Origin: Ministeria vibrans ATCC 50519
Lineage: Eukaryota > Protista > Filasterea
DNA: 38,824 bases
Direction of reading: 5' to 3'
Assembly (NCBI GenBank): GCA_943704425.1
Contig: CALSCP010002228.1
Span: forward strand, 1 to 38,824
Numbering within the stretch: the first letter of the stretch is position 1; every line of letters starts with the position of its first letter. The position numbers and the translations under genes are program-made. Positions 26,101 through 38,824 of the stretch are shown one piece after another. The notes beneath the pieces were generated by a model. It did no database searches, was not told where the DNA came from, and saw only the letters and a list, made by a program, of their open reading frames with translations.

Positions 26101-28236
26101 GTCTCCTCATTTCCAGTCACTTCCGTCCCCTCCTCACTTTCCACAGTTGTCTCCTTCACTTCTGTCTCAGTCTCTACTTCAGTCTCCGCCGTCTTTGTCT
26201 CAGCGTCCGTCTCCGTATCCGTCTCTGTCTCAGCGTCCGTCTCCGTATTCGTCTCCGTCTCAGCGTCCGTCTCCGTATCCGTCTCCGCCTCCTCCTCAGG
26301 CTCCGTCTCCGCCTTCGTCTCAGCGTCCGTCTCCGTATCCATCTCCGCCTCCTCCTCAGGCTCCGTCCCCGTTTCCGCCTCGTCCTCTGTCTCCGTCTCC
26401 GCCGCCTCCTCCTCCTCCACGGGCGTCTCATCCTCCGTCGTGTCCTCATTGACAACAACTGGCTCCTCCCCTTCCACCTTCCCATCCGCCATCCACTTTA
26501 CATACGACTCATATGCCTCCCCCTGGCCCACCAGGGCATCCCGCTCACTCGCTTCCCTCAGTGCCGCCCCGCACACTCGCTCAAGCACCTCCGCGTTCTT
26601 CAGCCCGGGCTCTGAATAGTAGGTCTTGGGCGGCTGTGGATCATCTACAATTCGCGGCTCATCCAGCAGATTCACTACAAGCTCCATATCTCCCAGCTCC
26701 GCACTCGCCGCCACCTCCACCAGCCACGACATAAACCCACTCGCTGCGCTCTGCTCGTGCGCGGCTATCTCCACTGACCCCGGTGCCATCCGCACCAGAT
26801 TGTTCTTGATCGAGAAGTGCGCTGTATGCGGCATTTTCGCCGCAGTGTCAACCATCTACAGAGAGAAAAGGTAATCAGTTGAGCCTGTGCACGTTGTAAT
26901 GAGTGTGTGGCGTACGGCCTTTGTGATTCCTGTGGACTCGAACGGCTCAAACTCGCGCAGAAGCGAATCGTACGCGTCAAGCGGCCAGCACGAGTGCGCC
27001 AGGGAGAAGCGGTTCCATCGGCTGAGCAGCGATTCTGTGGGCTTTGTCTTCTTCTTGTTGTCGTTGTCAGTGGTCTCGTCCGACTCTTCCTTGTGCGGGA
27101 GAGTGGGAGTGTGTTCGTTGCTGTTGTCATTGCCGTCAGTGTTGCTGTGGTGTGTCGATGATGAAGATGGTGATGATGATTCGCGATGGAGTAGTTCATC
27201 GCCGTCGTCCGTCTCTGTCTCCGTCTCGGTCTCCGTGTCCTTCTCTGTCTCCGTGTCTGTCTCCGTCTCCGTCTCCGTCTCCGTCTCCGTCTCCGTCTCC
27301 GTCTCCGTCTCCGTCTCCGTCTCCGTCTCCGTCTCCGTCTCCGTCTCCGTCTCCGTCTCCGTCTCCGTGTCCTTCTCTGTCTCCGTGTCTGTGTCCGTCC
27401 TCGCCGATTCTGAGTCGGAAGCTGATGCGTCTGTTTCCGACTCAGTGTCAGACTCAGTGTCTGACTCAGTGTCCGACTCAGTGTCAGACTCTGTTTCGGG
27501 CGTCTTGTTTGGCTGCTCGTTGCTTTCTTTCGCTTGCTCGTTTCTTTCGCTGTGCTCCGTCTTCACACGACGTTTCGGTGGCAGTTCGTTGAGTCCGCCG
27601 CTGTCCGTGTCGTGCTCGCTCTCGCGCTCACCCTCTCCCCGATCCTTCTCCTCCTCCTCCTTCTTCTGCTCGCCTTCGTCGTCTTCAGTCTCGCCGTCTT
27701 CAGTCTTATCGTCTTCAGTCTCGCTGGCGTCGGCCCCGGCGGCGTTTGGATCGCTCGCGGGCGCGTCAACGTCAGGCGCTGCTGTGCTGGTGCGATGGAA
27801 GTCGCTCGTCTCGTCGTTGTCGTCGGGTGCGATGGGGCCTTGCCGAGCGATCCAGTCCTTGTTTGCACTTACATCCAAGCCCTCTTCCTCGCGATCCGGC
27901 CGTGTGCGCCCCTCGTTCCCATTTGCTTCAGTATCGCGTGCAACACCTAAAAGTGATATGAAATTAGATGTTTTTTCTTCTTTTCCCCCAAAATGACATG
28001 TCACTTTCGTGCACAGCCGCAAAACGCGTACCAAGCGCAACCGGGTGCATCGCCGGAGCGGCTGGCGGCGGCAGGAGAGGCGCTGGGGGCGCAGGGGGGG
28101 TCTGCGACGAGAAGGCGAACCACATGAAACAGAGAGCGCCCATCGCCAAAACGGCTTTGATGAACCCCGGTTTGCGGCACAGACGCCCGCCACGTCGACC
28201 AAGATTGCTCGACCTCGAGTGGCGACCAACGTACAT
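23136..28236 (-). CDS. Glycosyltransferase family 90 (CAP10/Cxt1/POGLUT-like), type II membrane protein with very large acidic insertions
   Basis: Five exons. N-terminal TM AVLAMGALCFMWFAF; motifs YDSLLREFEPF..GIT, DMELVVNLLDEPRIV, LFWRGTTTGG, HRVRMV, HRYLIDIDGNSYSQRY, LRPWVHYIPV, YVFRLLLEYERL. Confidence 0.9.
24110..24580 (-). repeat. Coding ~54-nt tandem repeat (ETKTESEEETETETGETD-like)
   Basis: Visible in both DNA and protein inside the GT90 gene. Confidence 0.9.
27210..27395 (-). repeat. Coding (GAGACG)n hexamer encoding poly(TE)
   Basis: (gtctcc)n on the + strand. Confidence 0.95.
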
Positions 28237-28333
28237 TGCAATTTTTATTAATACTAAAAAAAAATCGTTTCAGATAATCGATCAGTGTTGTGTCGTGATT
28301 GTGTCATTGTGTCAGCAGTCAAACATTTTCGTG
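28237..28333. promoter_or_regulatory. Probable compact bidirectional promoter between GT90 and PSMG3
   Basis: Only 97 bp separate the divergent ATGs; AT-rich core. Inferred from geometry alone. Confidence 0.55.
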
Positions 28334-28791
28334 ATGAGCACCAGCCCACCCTCCAAACGAGGCACCATCGAAGGAACGCCTCCTACTGAGATCATTGTCA
28401 CCGCCCACTCCGATCGGCTGTTTGTGCTTCTGACGCAGTCGGGTCGAATGGGCACGATGGTACTCGCTCATCCCCTCCCGCCCCCACACCCACTCACACG
28501 CTCTTCCGCTGCAAGATCCACGTGGAAAAGGACGTGAGACTAAGCGGCGGGGGGCACGACAGCGCCGCGGACGACGGCAGCGACGCGCACGGGCCGCAGC
28601 GCAGCACATTCAGCATCCGCACGCTGCTCGGCAAGCGCGACCAGCCCATCTACGAGGTGTACGGCCGCCAGATCGCACAGCAGCTCGACCTCGACCGCCC
28701 CTTGCTCCTCTCCGTATCGCTCGACTCGCACAGCCCCGAGCTTCTCAAGCAGGTGATTGCTCTTCTCTCTGGCGAGCTGAAGTGCTGGTGA
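28334..28791 (+). CDS. PSMG3: Proteasome assembly chaperone 3 (PAC3)
   Basis: Two exons, intron 28460-28515: TEIIVTAHSDRLFVLLTQSGRMGTM|IHVEK..FSIRTLLGKRDQPIYEVYGRQI..RPLLLSVSL..CW*. Confidence 0.88.
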
Positions 28792-28995
28792 ACGACCTTT
28801 GTAGAGAGAGATGTATGAATAGTATAATAATAGTTACAAGAGAAGGACCAAATTTCACTGACTCTCAGACGAGATGATTTTCTGGCCGTTCGTGTGTAAT
28901 GGTAAAAGCGTGTAACCAGTAAAGGGGTTGGTTGGTGGCATACAGTGTGTGTGAGAGAGAGAGGAGGGAGAAAGAAACAAAGTGATAGAAAAGAA

Positions 28996-29062
<67 letters not shown>

Positions 29063-29129
29063 GGAGAATGAAACAAAGTAATACGAGAGACAGTCGTCAA
29101 CGAAAGAAAAGAACAAGGTATTGTTTAGT

Positions 29130-30818
<1,689 letters not shown>

Positions 30819-30960
30819 TATAACACAAAGGAAAGGAGAAAAAGTGTGAAAGTGCAAAGTGCAAAGTGCAAACTGAAAAGCAAAGAATGAAGTGAAATCA
30901 GCGCATTATTTTAATAGTGATAATAATAACTATAATATAAAATTGAAGATAAATCGTTCA

Positions 30961-32590
30961 CTATACAACATTCGACGGCTCGTAGTCGTCGACAATGTAG
31001 TCGGCCTCGTCGTCGGTGTGCTCACTGGCAAGCTCAGTAAAGTCTTGCTCCAGCATGCGTCCCATCTCTTCGCCTGGCTCCTCTGACGAGTTGATGTCGC
31101 GCGCATCGGCGCTGTTCTTCGCCTCCTGCGCCATCTCGGCACTCACCATGGACCACTCTTTCATGCAGTCAATCTCAACAATAGTCAGGCGCAACAAGAG
31201 CTGCTGAAAGGCCAAGGAATGGCCATCGGCCGCCTGCATGGGAGCAAGACGAACGCCCGAGCGCAGCGACGTCACCGGCAGACAGCACTGGCCCAGCAGA
31301 CGACCACCACGCGTGCGCACGTCCACCAGTCGCACGCTTACCGTGGCCATCTCAGGCGTGACAATGGCAAAGGTCGCCGTCTCGTTCCAGGCAATGCCTG
31401 TCTCAGCATCGGCACGAACGCTCTTGGAGCGCCATCGGCGGCCGTCGCCCTGCACACCCGACACGGTCAGCACACAGCGCACCTCGAGGTCTCCAATGTC
31501 CTTGCGGCGCCGCAGCAGGACAGGATCCAGCAACTGCTGCACGGCCACCACATCAATGGTCAGCTTAAGCGGACAGCGTGCCTGACCCTGACCGCTCGCT
31601 ACCTCCCCAATGGTCATGGGCAGTGCCGCAAGTGGCTTGGCCACATAGCCACAGCCGCCATTCTGCCGGAAGAACCCTGCGTTGAGATTCATATACATAT
31701 CGTCACGCTGGTAGTTGAGTGCCACAAGCTGACAGCCGGCATTCCACAGCGGCTGCGGGTCGTAGTTGCTCGACAACACACGCGTCGCTGAGGGGTACAC
31801 GCGCAAAAAACACCGTTCGGTCAGATCGCGTACAAGCCGACCCGCACGACTCGTCTCCCTGACCGCACGCGACTCACTCAACGACAGCGTTTGCATGCAT
31901 GTCAGCCGCACAAGCGCCGCCTCAAGCGACACCGCCTTGGCAGCGACAAGCACACTCGCAATGGCTCCCAGCCCCTTTGGCGTCACCGACTCAAGCTTTC
32001 CGTCAGACTCGCTGCCCATGCTGCTGCTCTGGCCGTCATCTCCGTCGTTCCCTTCCAAAGTCTCCTCGCCCCCCTCCTCATCCTCTTCCTCCCCAAACTC
32101 ATCCCCGGACGCATTCGCACGTGCGCTCAGCACTATCGACAAAGGCGCGCGCACACGACAGATAATCTTCCCGCGCAGTTGCTCGGGCGACGGAAGTCGT
32201 GCGCGCAGGGGATTTGCACCACCCACCTCCACCAGAAGCGTCTCAAGCGCAGCGACGCTTGCAGACTCGCCATCGACCACACTACTACTGCTGCATCCAG
32301 GCAAGAGCAGGAGCGCCTCGCCAAAGTGCTGGCGACACAACTGCACCATACGCTGCTGCTGCGGACACGAGCAGTGGTTCTCAAACGTCACAATAAGCGG
32401 ATAGGGTGAGGCGACAAACGCAGTGCGCGCAATAGCCGCAACCACACTCGCAAAGGAAACCTTGCTCGTCAGCGTGCGTCCATGGTACACCATTGGCTCA
32501 CCGTCACTCCCGTCCCAACAATCAATCTCAACACAGCGACATCCCGTCAACAAAATCTTGGCATACGCTTCTGCAAAGACAAAAGCGGAA

Positions 32591-32638
<48 letters not shown>

Positions 32639-32656
32639 GGAGAAAGAAACAAAGTG

Positions 32657-32735
<79 letters not shown>

Positions 32736-35700
32736 GGAGAAAGAAACAAAGTGATAGAGAGAGAGAGAGAGAGAGAGAGAGGAGAAAGAAAGGAGAGAGA
32801 AAGAGCAAAAGCGATAGAAAGGGTAAGAGAAGAGAAAAAAAAGTGATACAGAGAAATGAGAGAGAAAGAAACAAAGAGAGAAGAAAAAATCCAATACAAC
32901 ACACACTACAAAGCTCTTCATCGCGTCTTTCATCAATCACTTCTTGTGATTCATACCGGCGGAGCTGTCGCTTCGAAGTTGATCGCCCGTAAGGTACGAG
33001 TTATGACTGGAGGCAATAAAATACTCGGTGAGGGGCAGAGTCATGTCGTGGGAGACGCTCTGCGGCCCAACCAGGACACCAAGCTCGTCATACATGCACG
33101 CGACAAACCGCGATAGGTCCATCCACCGATTCTCCTTGTTGGTCTGGTCAGCGTATGAATAGCGCTCAAACAGCAACTGCGCCGCATCCGAGGTTGGATC
33201 GGTCGCCTGCAGCGCAAGCAACTCGTCAAAGTCGGCGCGACCCATAACCCGTTCGTTGCGACGAAAGCGATCGCATGTGCGCGCCAGACCCTCAAAGACA
33301 TCGCGCAGACCCGAAGGGACACACACCTGCAGAAAACGACGGTAAAAGGTCTCAAACGGCACGCGAATGACCGCATTGTGCATGGGACCGTCGCTCACAG
33401 GCGCAGCAGCAGCAGTTGAGGCGGACGCAGCAGCAGTGGCAGCTGAGGCACTCTTGGCCGCGGTACTGGCGAGCGCCTTGGAGTAGTGAAACAAAATGGA
33501 GCCTTGGGTCTTTTCGGCGGTCGCTGAGGCAAGACGGCGCTGTTGAAGACGGTGAAGCGACGAGAGACGCGTGCCGGGTAACGGAGCGTCGAGATGTTGC
33601 ACACCAAACTCGCCAAGGAGCATTTTAACGCTGTTGTCGTCGCGCGCCTGCAACTGACCACAGAGTTGCTCGACGAGCGTGAGAGCCATAGGCTGGAGGG
33701 GATCGCGTGACTGGTTGACAACAATCCAGTTGGCCAGCAGCCAGTCGCGAGTGCACGGCGGCGTCGAGCGACACGAGCCCACCAAGGCGTTGAGGGCGGT
33801 CACCACAAGGTCGCGCTGTTCACACGATGTGCACGACAGTGTCACCGTGTTGGCTGTCTGACGCTGGGCATACCCGTCGATGATAAGCATGGCAAGACTA
33901 TGCGGTGGCGTCGACGAACACGAAGCGGACGCAGTGGTAGTGGTACCGGGCTCGAGTGTGCTGACGGAAACCGACTGAAAATCGTCGACAATGACCACAG
34001 GAGGGGGTGCACACGCGGCCGGATTGGCGTGTTTCCCGCGCCACCAGGCGTGTTCGCGCGGACGCAAGTTGGTGATGTCGCGCAGGAGCCACACATGGCG
34101 AACTTTGGAGCCAAAGAGCGCGGCCAAGTAGAGCACCCGACGGTCGGAGTCGACACCGAGACGGACCCACTCGGCGGGACGACCGCGTGCGTCGTGAAGC
34201 AGCAAGAGCACTGAGCCATTGAGCACGTGCTTGATACAGTCGTCGTCGGAGAGTGCTTGGAGCTGCTCGGCATTCATCATTTCCGTGTCGGGACGCGGTG
34301 CCGAGTCGTACGCCTGGAAGGCTGGCGAGCGAGCAGCCATGAGCGCTGCCACTGCCTCGTCACTGTGCTCCAGCTGGTGCTGCTTCGATTCACTCTCGTG
34401 AGCTTCGCTAAAGGTCAGCTTGGAGGCCGAGTGGGTCTTCTTGCGATTCGCGTTCATCAATGTTGCTGCACCGTGCTTGATCGCCTGCATCAGATGGCTC
34501 GTGTAGTGGTAGGTGCCACTGCCACGCTTTGTCCCACCGACGCTCGCCGTGGAGCCGCGGTCACCAGGCGTTCCGGCACTGGTGCTGAGCGGTCGTGCCG
34601 ATGTGCCCTCACAGACGCGATACAGGTCGTGTGAGTTGCGCGCACCGTGTCGTTTGCCCGAGATGTGCTCGACCAAGCCTAGTTCAACCATGACGTCAAA
34701 GAGCGCCATGGCATGATCTATGTTGACGGCATAGCCATGCCAGAGCAGCCAGCGCACGAGATCGTGATCGACAAACGCGTTGACAACAAGCGTACCGCGG
34801 TACTTGCGGTCGCGTACCAACAGAATGGCACCGACCGAGCTGTCGGCGGCCGCCTGGGCGTCCGAGCGCGGGCGTACTTTGGGATCCCACTCGAGTATTT
34901 CGGCGGCGAGGATCTGAAAGACGACGCGCACGTAGGCGTCGAGAGCAAGCTGAGGTGCGCTGAGAACGAGCTGGCGGACATGCTGGATGGCGTAGTAGGT
35001 GCTCATGCTGTCCTTAAAGGGGCGACGCTTGATGGGATCGTAGATGAAACCTTGCTCCACGAGGACGGCGCACACTTGTGAGGCGTCGAGGCGATCGCAC
35101 GCAAAGCCGTAGGTGAGCAAGAAGGACACAAGATCGCGACCACACACGAGCTCGGGATGGCTGTACATAGACTGGAAGGGCACGACAAGCTCGAGCAGCT
35201 GGAGGATGTCCTCAAGACGGGTGTACGCCTCGTAGGTGAGACAGGTCAGGGAGGACGACGAGGCCGTGCTCTCGTCGTGCTCGTCGGCGTTGGTGTGTGA
35301 GCGGCGGAAGCCACCGCCCTTGGAGCCGGTGCGCGATCCGGTGCGCGATCCGGTGCGCGATCCGGTGCGCGGGTCACGCGCACTGTTGTTGCTATTGATC
35401 TGGGACGACGCGGCAATCTTCTCGTCGGTGCTGAGAGGTGCAATGACGAGGAAGTCGTCGTTGGTGTCGCGAATGATGTCACTGGAGAAGCAGTACAAGT
35501 AGTGGCGATTCTCAAAGGCATGATCGCGGGACACGTGATAAATATAACTGCAGTCCATCATGGCGTTGCCAAGGCGCAAAGCGTGCTCTTCGTCCTTGGC
35601 AAGGTGCAGTTCAAGGAGGGCGTCCACAGCAGCCGAGCCCACAAAGCAGTTGTGGTAGACCTTGAAAAGGTGACGACGGTTCTTCAGGGGTATGTGACCG

Positions 35701-38083
35701 CACAGTTTGACTGCGGCGGCACGTACGTCCTCCTCGCGCATGTCCATGCGCGACGAATAGTGAGAGGCGGGCGAGCCGTTGTACGAGGCGACGGAGGAAG
35801 TGCGCTGCTGCTGCCGCTGACGCAGCTGTTTTTGCTTCTCGTTCATGTACTTGCGCTGCTCAATGCGTAATTCGGAGAGGCGCTGGACGGGCTTGGCAAA
35901 GCGGTAGAAGTAGAACTCGTCGGCAAAAGGTTGATCGTTGGCAACGTGATGGATGAAGCCATTGTCCATAAGTGCATTGCCGAGACGCACTGCCTCAACG
36001 GGCAACTTTGAGAGGTTATGGGCAATGATGGCACGCACTGCCTCCTTGCCAACAAAGCAGTTGCGGTAGGCCAGCATGTGGTACGTGCGCGTCTTTGACT
36101 CGACCAGCGTACACAGCGTGATGGCGACCTCGCGCAGCTGGTCACGGCGCAACACTGCCTCCTCAACAAACTCATCCTCGTCATACTCATTCATGGCACT
36201 ACCAGCACCCGCCGCAACTGCCCCCGCCTCAACAAGTCGCGACGCCGCATACGCCACAGCAACCTCGTCGTACACTGACGTCTGGAGCGTCTTGGTGGCA
36301 GTGGCACCGGCGGAGCTCTCGTTGGCATTGGCAGTACCTTCGGTACAGCTCTGGTTCTTTGGCTCGATCTTTGATACCGTCGATTGGGACTGTTGCTGTT
36401 GTTGTTGCTGCTGTTGTTGTTGGGCAAGCAGCTGCATCGCTGCTCCCGTCTCGGCACTTGCGTCATCATCATCGTCCGACACATCGTCCGAATCCTCTTC
36501 GGTGCCACTGCTACTGCCATTGTACTCTTCTTCGAGCGACGCGTCGTCCGTCTCAATGGGCACTTTGGCTTCGACTCGCACATCCGGATCGCGCTCGCGT
36601 CCCACCTGACTCTCTTCGTCGCTGTCGGGATCTTCAAGGTTGTCAAAGTGGTAGAAAAGACCGTTGTTCTCGATGCGATGATCGGCGGTGACGTGCTCGA
36701 CAAGGCCGTGTGTCATAAGAATGCCGCCGACACCAATAGCATCGCGCACATTGGCGGCGTACCCAAGACGGATAATGCAGCGCACCAGGTCGCGTCCGAA
36801 ACAGCAGTCCTCGTAGATCTTGCCGCGGTAGCGACGATCCGCACGCGGCACCTCTTCAAAGAGATGCCGAGCAACGACGCGCGCCTGACGGTCGTCGAGC
36901 CACTCGATCTGCCCAACGGCACGTACGCGGGGCATGACGGGCGGCGCAATGTCGTTAGAGCCTGCGCCGCCACTGCCGCCGCGCGGATCGAGCAACGAAC
37001 GACTGTCGGGAGACGAGAGCATACTCTCCTTATCTCTGTTATTATTATTATTATTGTTGTTGTTGTTGATTGTGGTATTGTTGCCGGTGCCCACTGCCAG
37101 CATGGAGGTGGAAGCGACGGCGGCTGCGTCTGCTTCGACAGCGGCAGTAGCAGCGGCCGCGACGCGTGCCGCTGTTTCGGGACGCACAATACTGGCGTTG
37201 CGCACCTCGTCGCAGATGCCGCGGTCAAAGTCGAAGATTTGGGTGGGGTCATTTTCGAGGCGCGACAGAATGCTGTCGTTGACGGAGAAGAGAAAGCGCA
37301 TTTCGACAAAGCGGCGCGCCAGATTGACGGCTTCGTCAGTGGTGCGCGCGACGCCCATGTCAATAAGATAGGAGACAATGTCGGCGGCCGTCGCACAGTG
37401 ACGATGCTTGCTGACGACGAAGGTACGGCGATCGCGAATCATTCGGCGACACAACAGAAGAGCTTGACCGCGCGACGAGCTGCGCGTCTCACCGCTGCTC
37501 CCCGACGCCGCAATGGCCGGCGAGAGCGCGAGAACAGGACGAGTGCGTGTGGACGAGGAGCTCGAAGCGAGTTTTCGCGAAGGCGAGGCGATCGACGACG
37601 ACGACGAGGCGGCGACGATCGTCGAACTTTTGGACGATGACACGACGGCCGTGGGCGCTGTCGAAGGGGCGGGCGTGGACGTGGCGGGCGCCGAGGCCGT
37701 CAGGGGAAGGCGACTGTTTGACTTGGGGGTGGCGGGCGCGACGGGCGGCGGCGACATGGCCGAAGATGCAGTGTTGTGCTGAACGACTACCAAGAACTTC
37801 ACCGGCTCGTCACGACCAAACGCTGGAATGGCCGTGAGAAGTTCGGCCGCAACGAGCTCCTTGATGCAATCCAACGACTGTTCAATGGTGTCGGCCAGAG
37901 CCAAGCCAACGAGCGCCGAAGTTGCATCAGACACTACATTTTGTGAAAGTATGAGGGAAAAAAAAAAAAAAAAAAAAGAAACGAACCTTCAATGGTACGA
38001 TGATATAACTTTTGCTTGAATATACGGTCCTCAGGTTGAACTCGATCGAGGAGTCGACCGAGCAGGACGTGAGGGTCCGCCAT
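30961..38083 (-). CDS. Phosphoinositide-specific phospholipase C with an N-terminal array of about 7 DEP domains (DEPx7-PH-EF-X-Y-C2)
   Basis: Three exons (38083-~37987, 37933-32957, 32570-30961) join in phase. X box DMTLPLTEYFIASSHNSYLTGDQL..GCRCVEIDCWDG..YHGRTLTS..SPYPLIVTFENHC; Y box FLRVYPSATRVLSSNYDPQPLWNAGCQLVALNYQ..FRQNGGCGYVAKP; C2 WNETATF..LGQCCLPVTSLRSGVRLAP. DEP signatures such as RTYHMLAYRNCFVGKEAV..AVRLGNALMDNGFIHHV..FADEFYFYRF. Confidence 0.93.
32595..32780. repeat. (GA)n microsatellites interrupted by two copies of a dispersed ~30-bp motif, in the PLC intron
   Basis: Directly visible; similar (GA)n tracts at 15527-15570, 29000-29058 and 29375-29465. Confidence 0.93.
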
Positions 38084-38824
38084 AAGAGATTAAATTATTT
38101 AATATTATAATTATTTTTATAATTTATATTTCTAATTTCAAAGTGGTACCCCTAATAATATTCATTGTGACTGTCTCAATTTGAACACGAAGGAGAACTA
38201 ATGTAATTCTTCTCAAATTATCGCTGATATAGTGTAAACATAGTTGGTCGGACCATGGTCGGACCATGTGTGTCATTTCAAACGAATGTGTGAAAACGCC
38301 TTCAAGCAGAATCCGCGTTTGATTATGTTTCTCTGCTTTCAATAAACACCCTCAAAGCTATTGTCGAGTCTCTCATCAAATGTTCCAAAGCTGCATTCCC
38401 ACAAGCATTTATTAAGCAACGAGTCAGGAAGTCAGCTGCGCATCGGTATGAAACTTCTCAACCTTGGAGTTGAGGTGGGCAACTTCCCAAGGGGGGTGGG
38501 GGCTCTGCAGCGGCGCGCACAACCACCGCACAACATTCGCATTTCTTCCACACGATACACCCACAACGCTATTTGAAAGCGATCACGCGCCAAAGAAATC
38601 ACAAATACGGTCATCATACTGTTTGTTTGCGCACAGAGAACCCAATAAAGTAGGCCAAGGAATTGCACATTATTTATCAGCGCATAAAATTTATGAAGAA
38701 TAAAAAACTTCACCTCCTCACACCACATGCCAGAATCCCCAATACACCCAAAACCACTGATCTCACACGCGACATTACCTCCCATCAAACACACCCACGG
38801 ACACCAACCCTCAAACGCCATCCT

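Noticed and set aside
24106-27996. Long + strand S/V-rich ORFs (24106-24798, 24868-25545, 26887-27996)
   Set aside because: Antisense shadows of the repetitive GT90 coding sequence.
32547-32960. Treating the 1665-aa and 659-aa ORFs as two genes
   Set aside because: A GT-AG intron (32956-32571) joins SDSSA|EAY within the PLC X box.
36384-37640. 418-aa + strand ORF with a poly-Leu leader
   Set aside because: Antisense to the DEP-PLC exon; the poly-L mirrors poly-Q codons.

Overview
Gene-dense eukaryotic (protist-like) nuclear DNA with the standard genetic code, many short GT-AG introns, microsatellite-expanded introns and one assembly gap (15724-15791). Ten spliced protein-coding genes were reconstructed by hand. 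In order: (1) a secreted Cys-rich repeat/PAN mosaic protein that runs off the left edge; (2) a DExH RNA helicase resembling TDRD9/Spindle-E but lacking a Tudor domain; (3) a CBM9-like secreted protein; (4) Ras; (5) Arf6; (6) a Sec24III-like gene missing its 5' half; (7) THOC1; (8) a GT90/CAP10 glycosyltransferase with very large low-complexity insertions; (9) PSMG3; (10) an ELO fatty-acid elongase. An eleventh gene is the main highlight: a ~2,200-aa phosphoinositide phospholipase C preceded by about seven DEP domains. Family calls come from motif recognition and memory of the families, not from database searches. Most short ORFs in the supplied track are antisense or repeat-derived noise.
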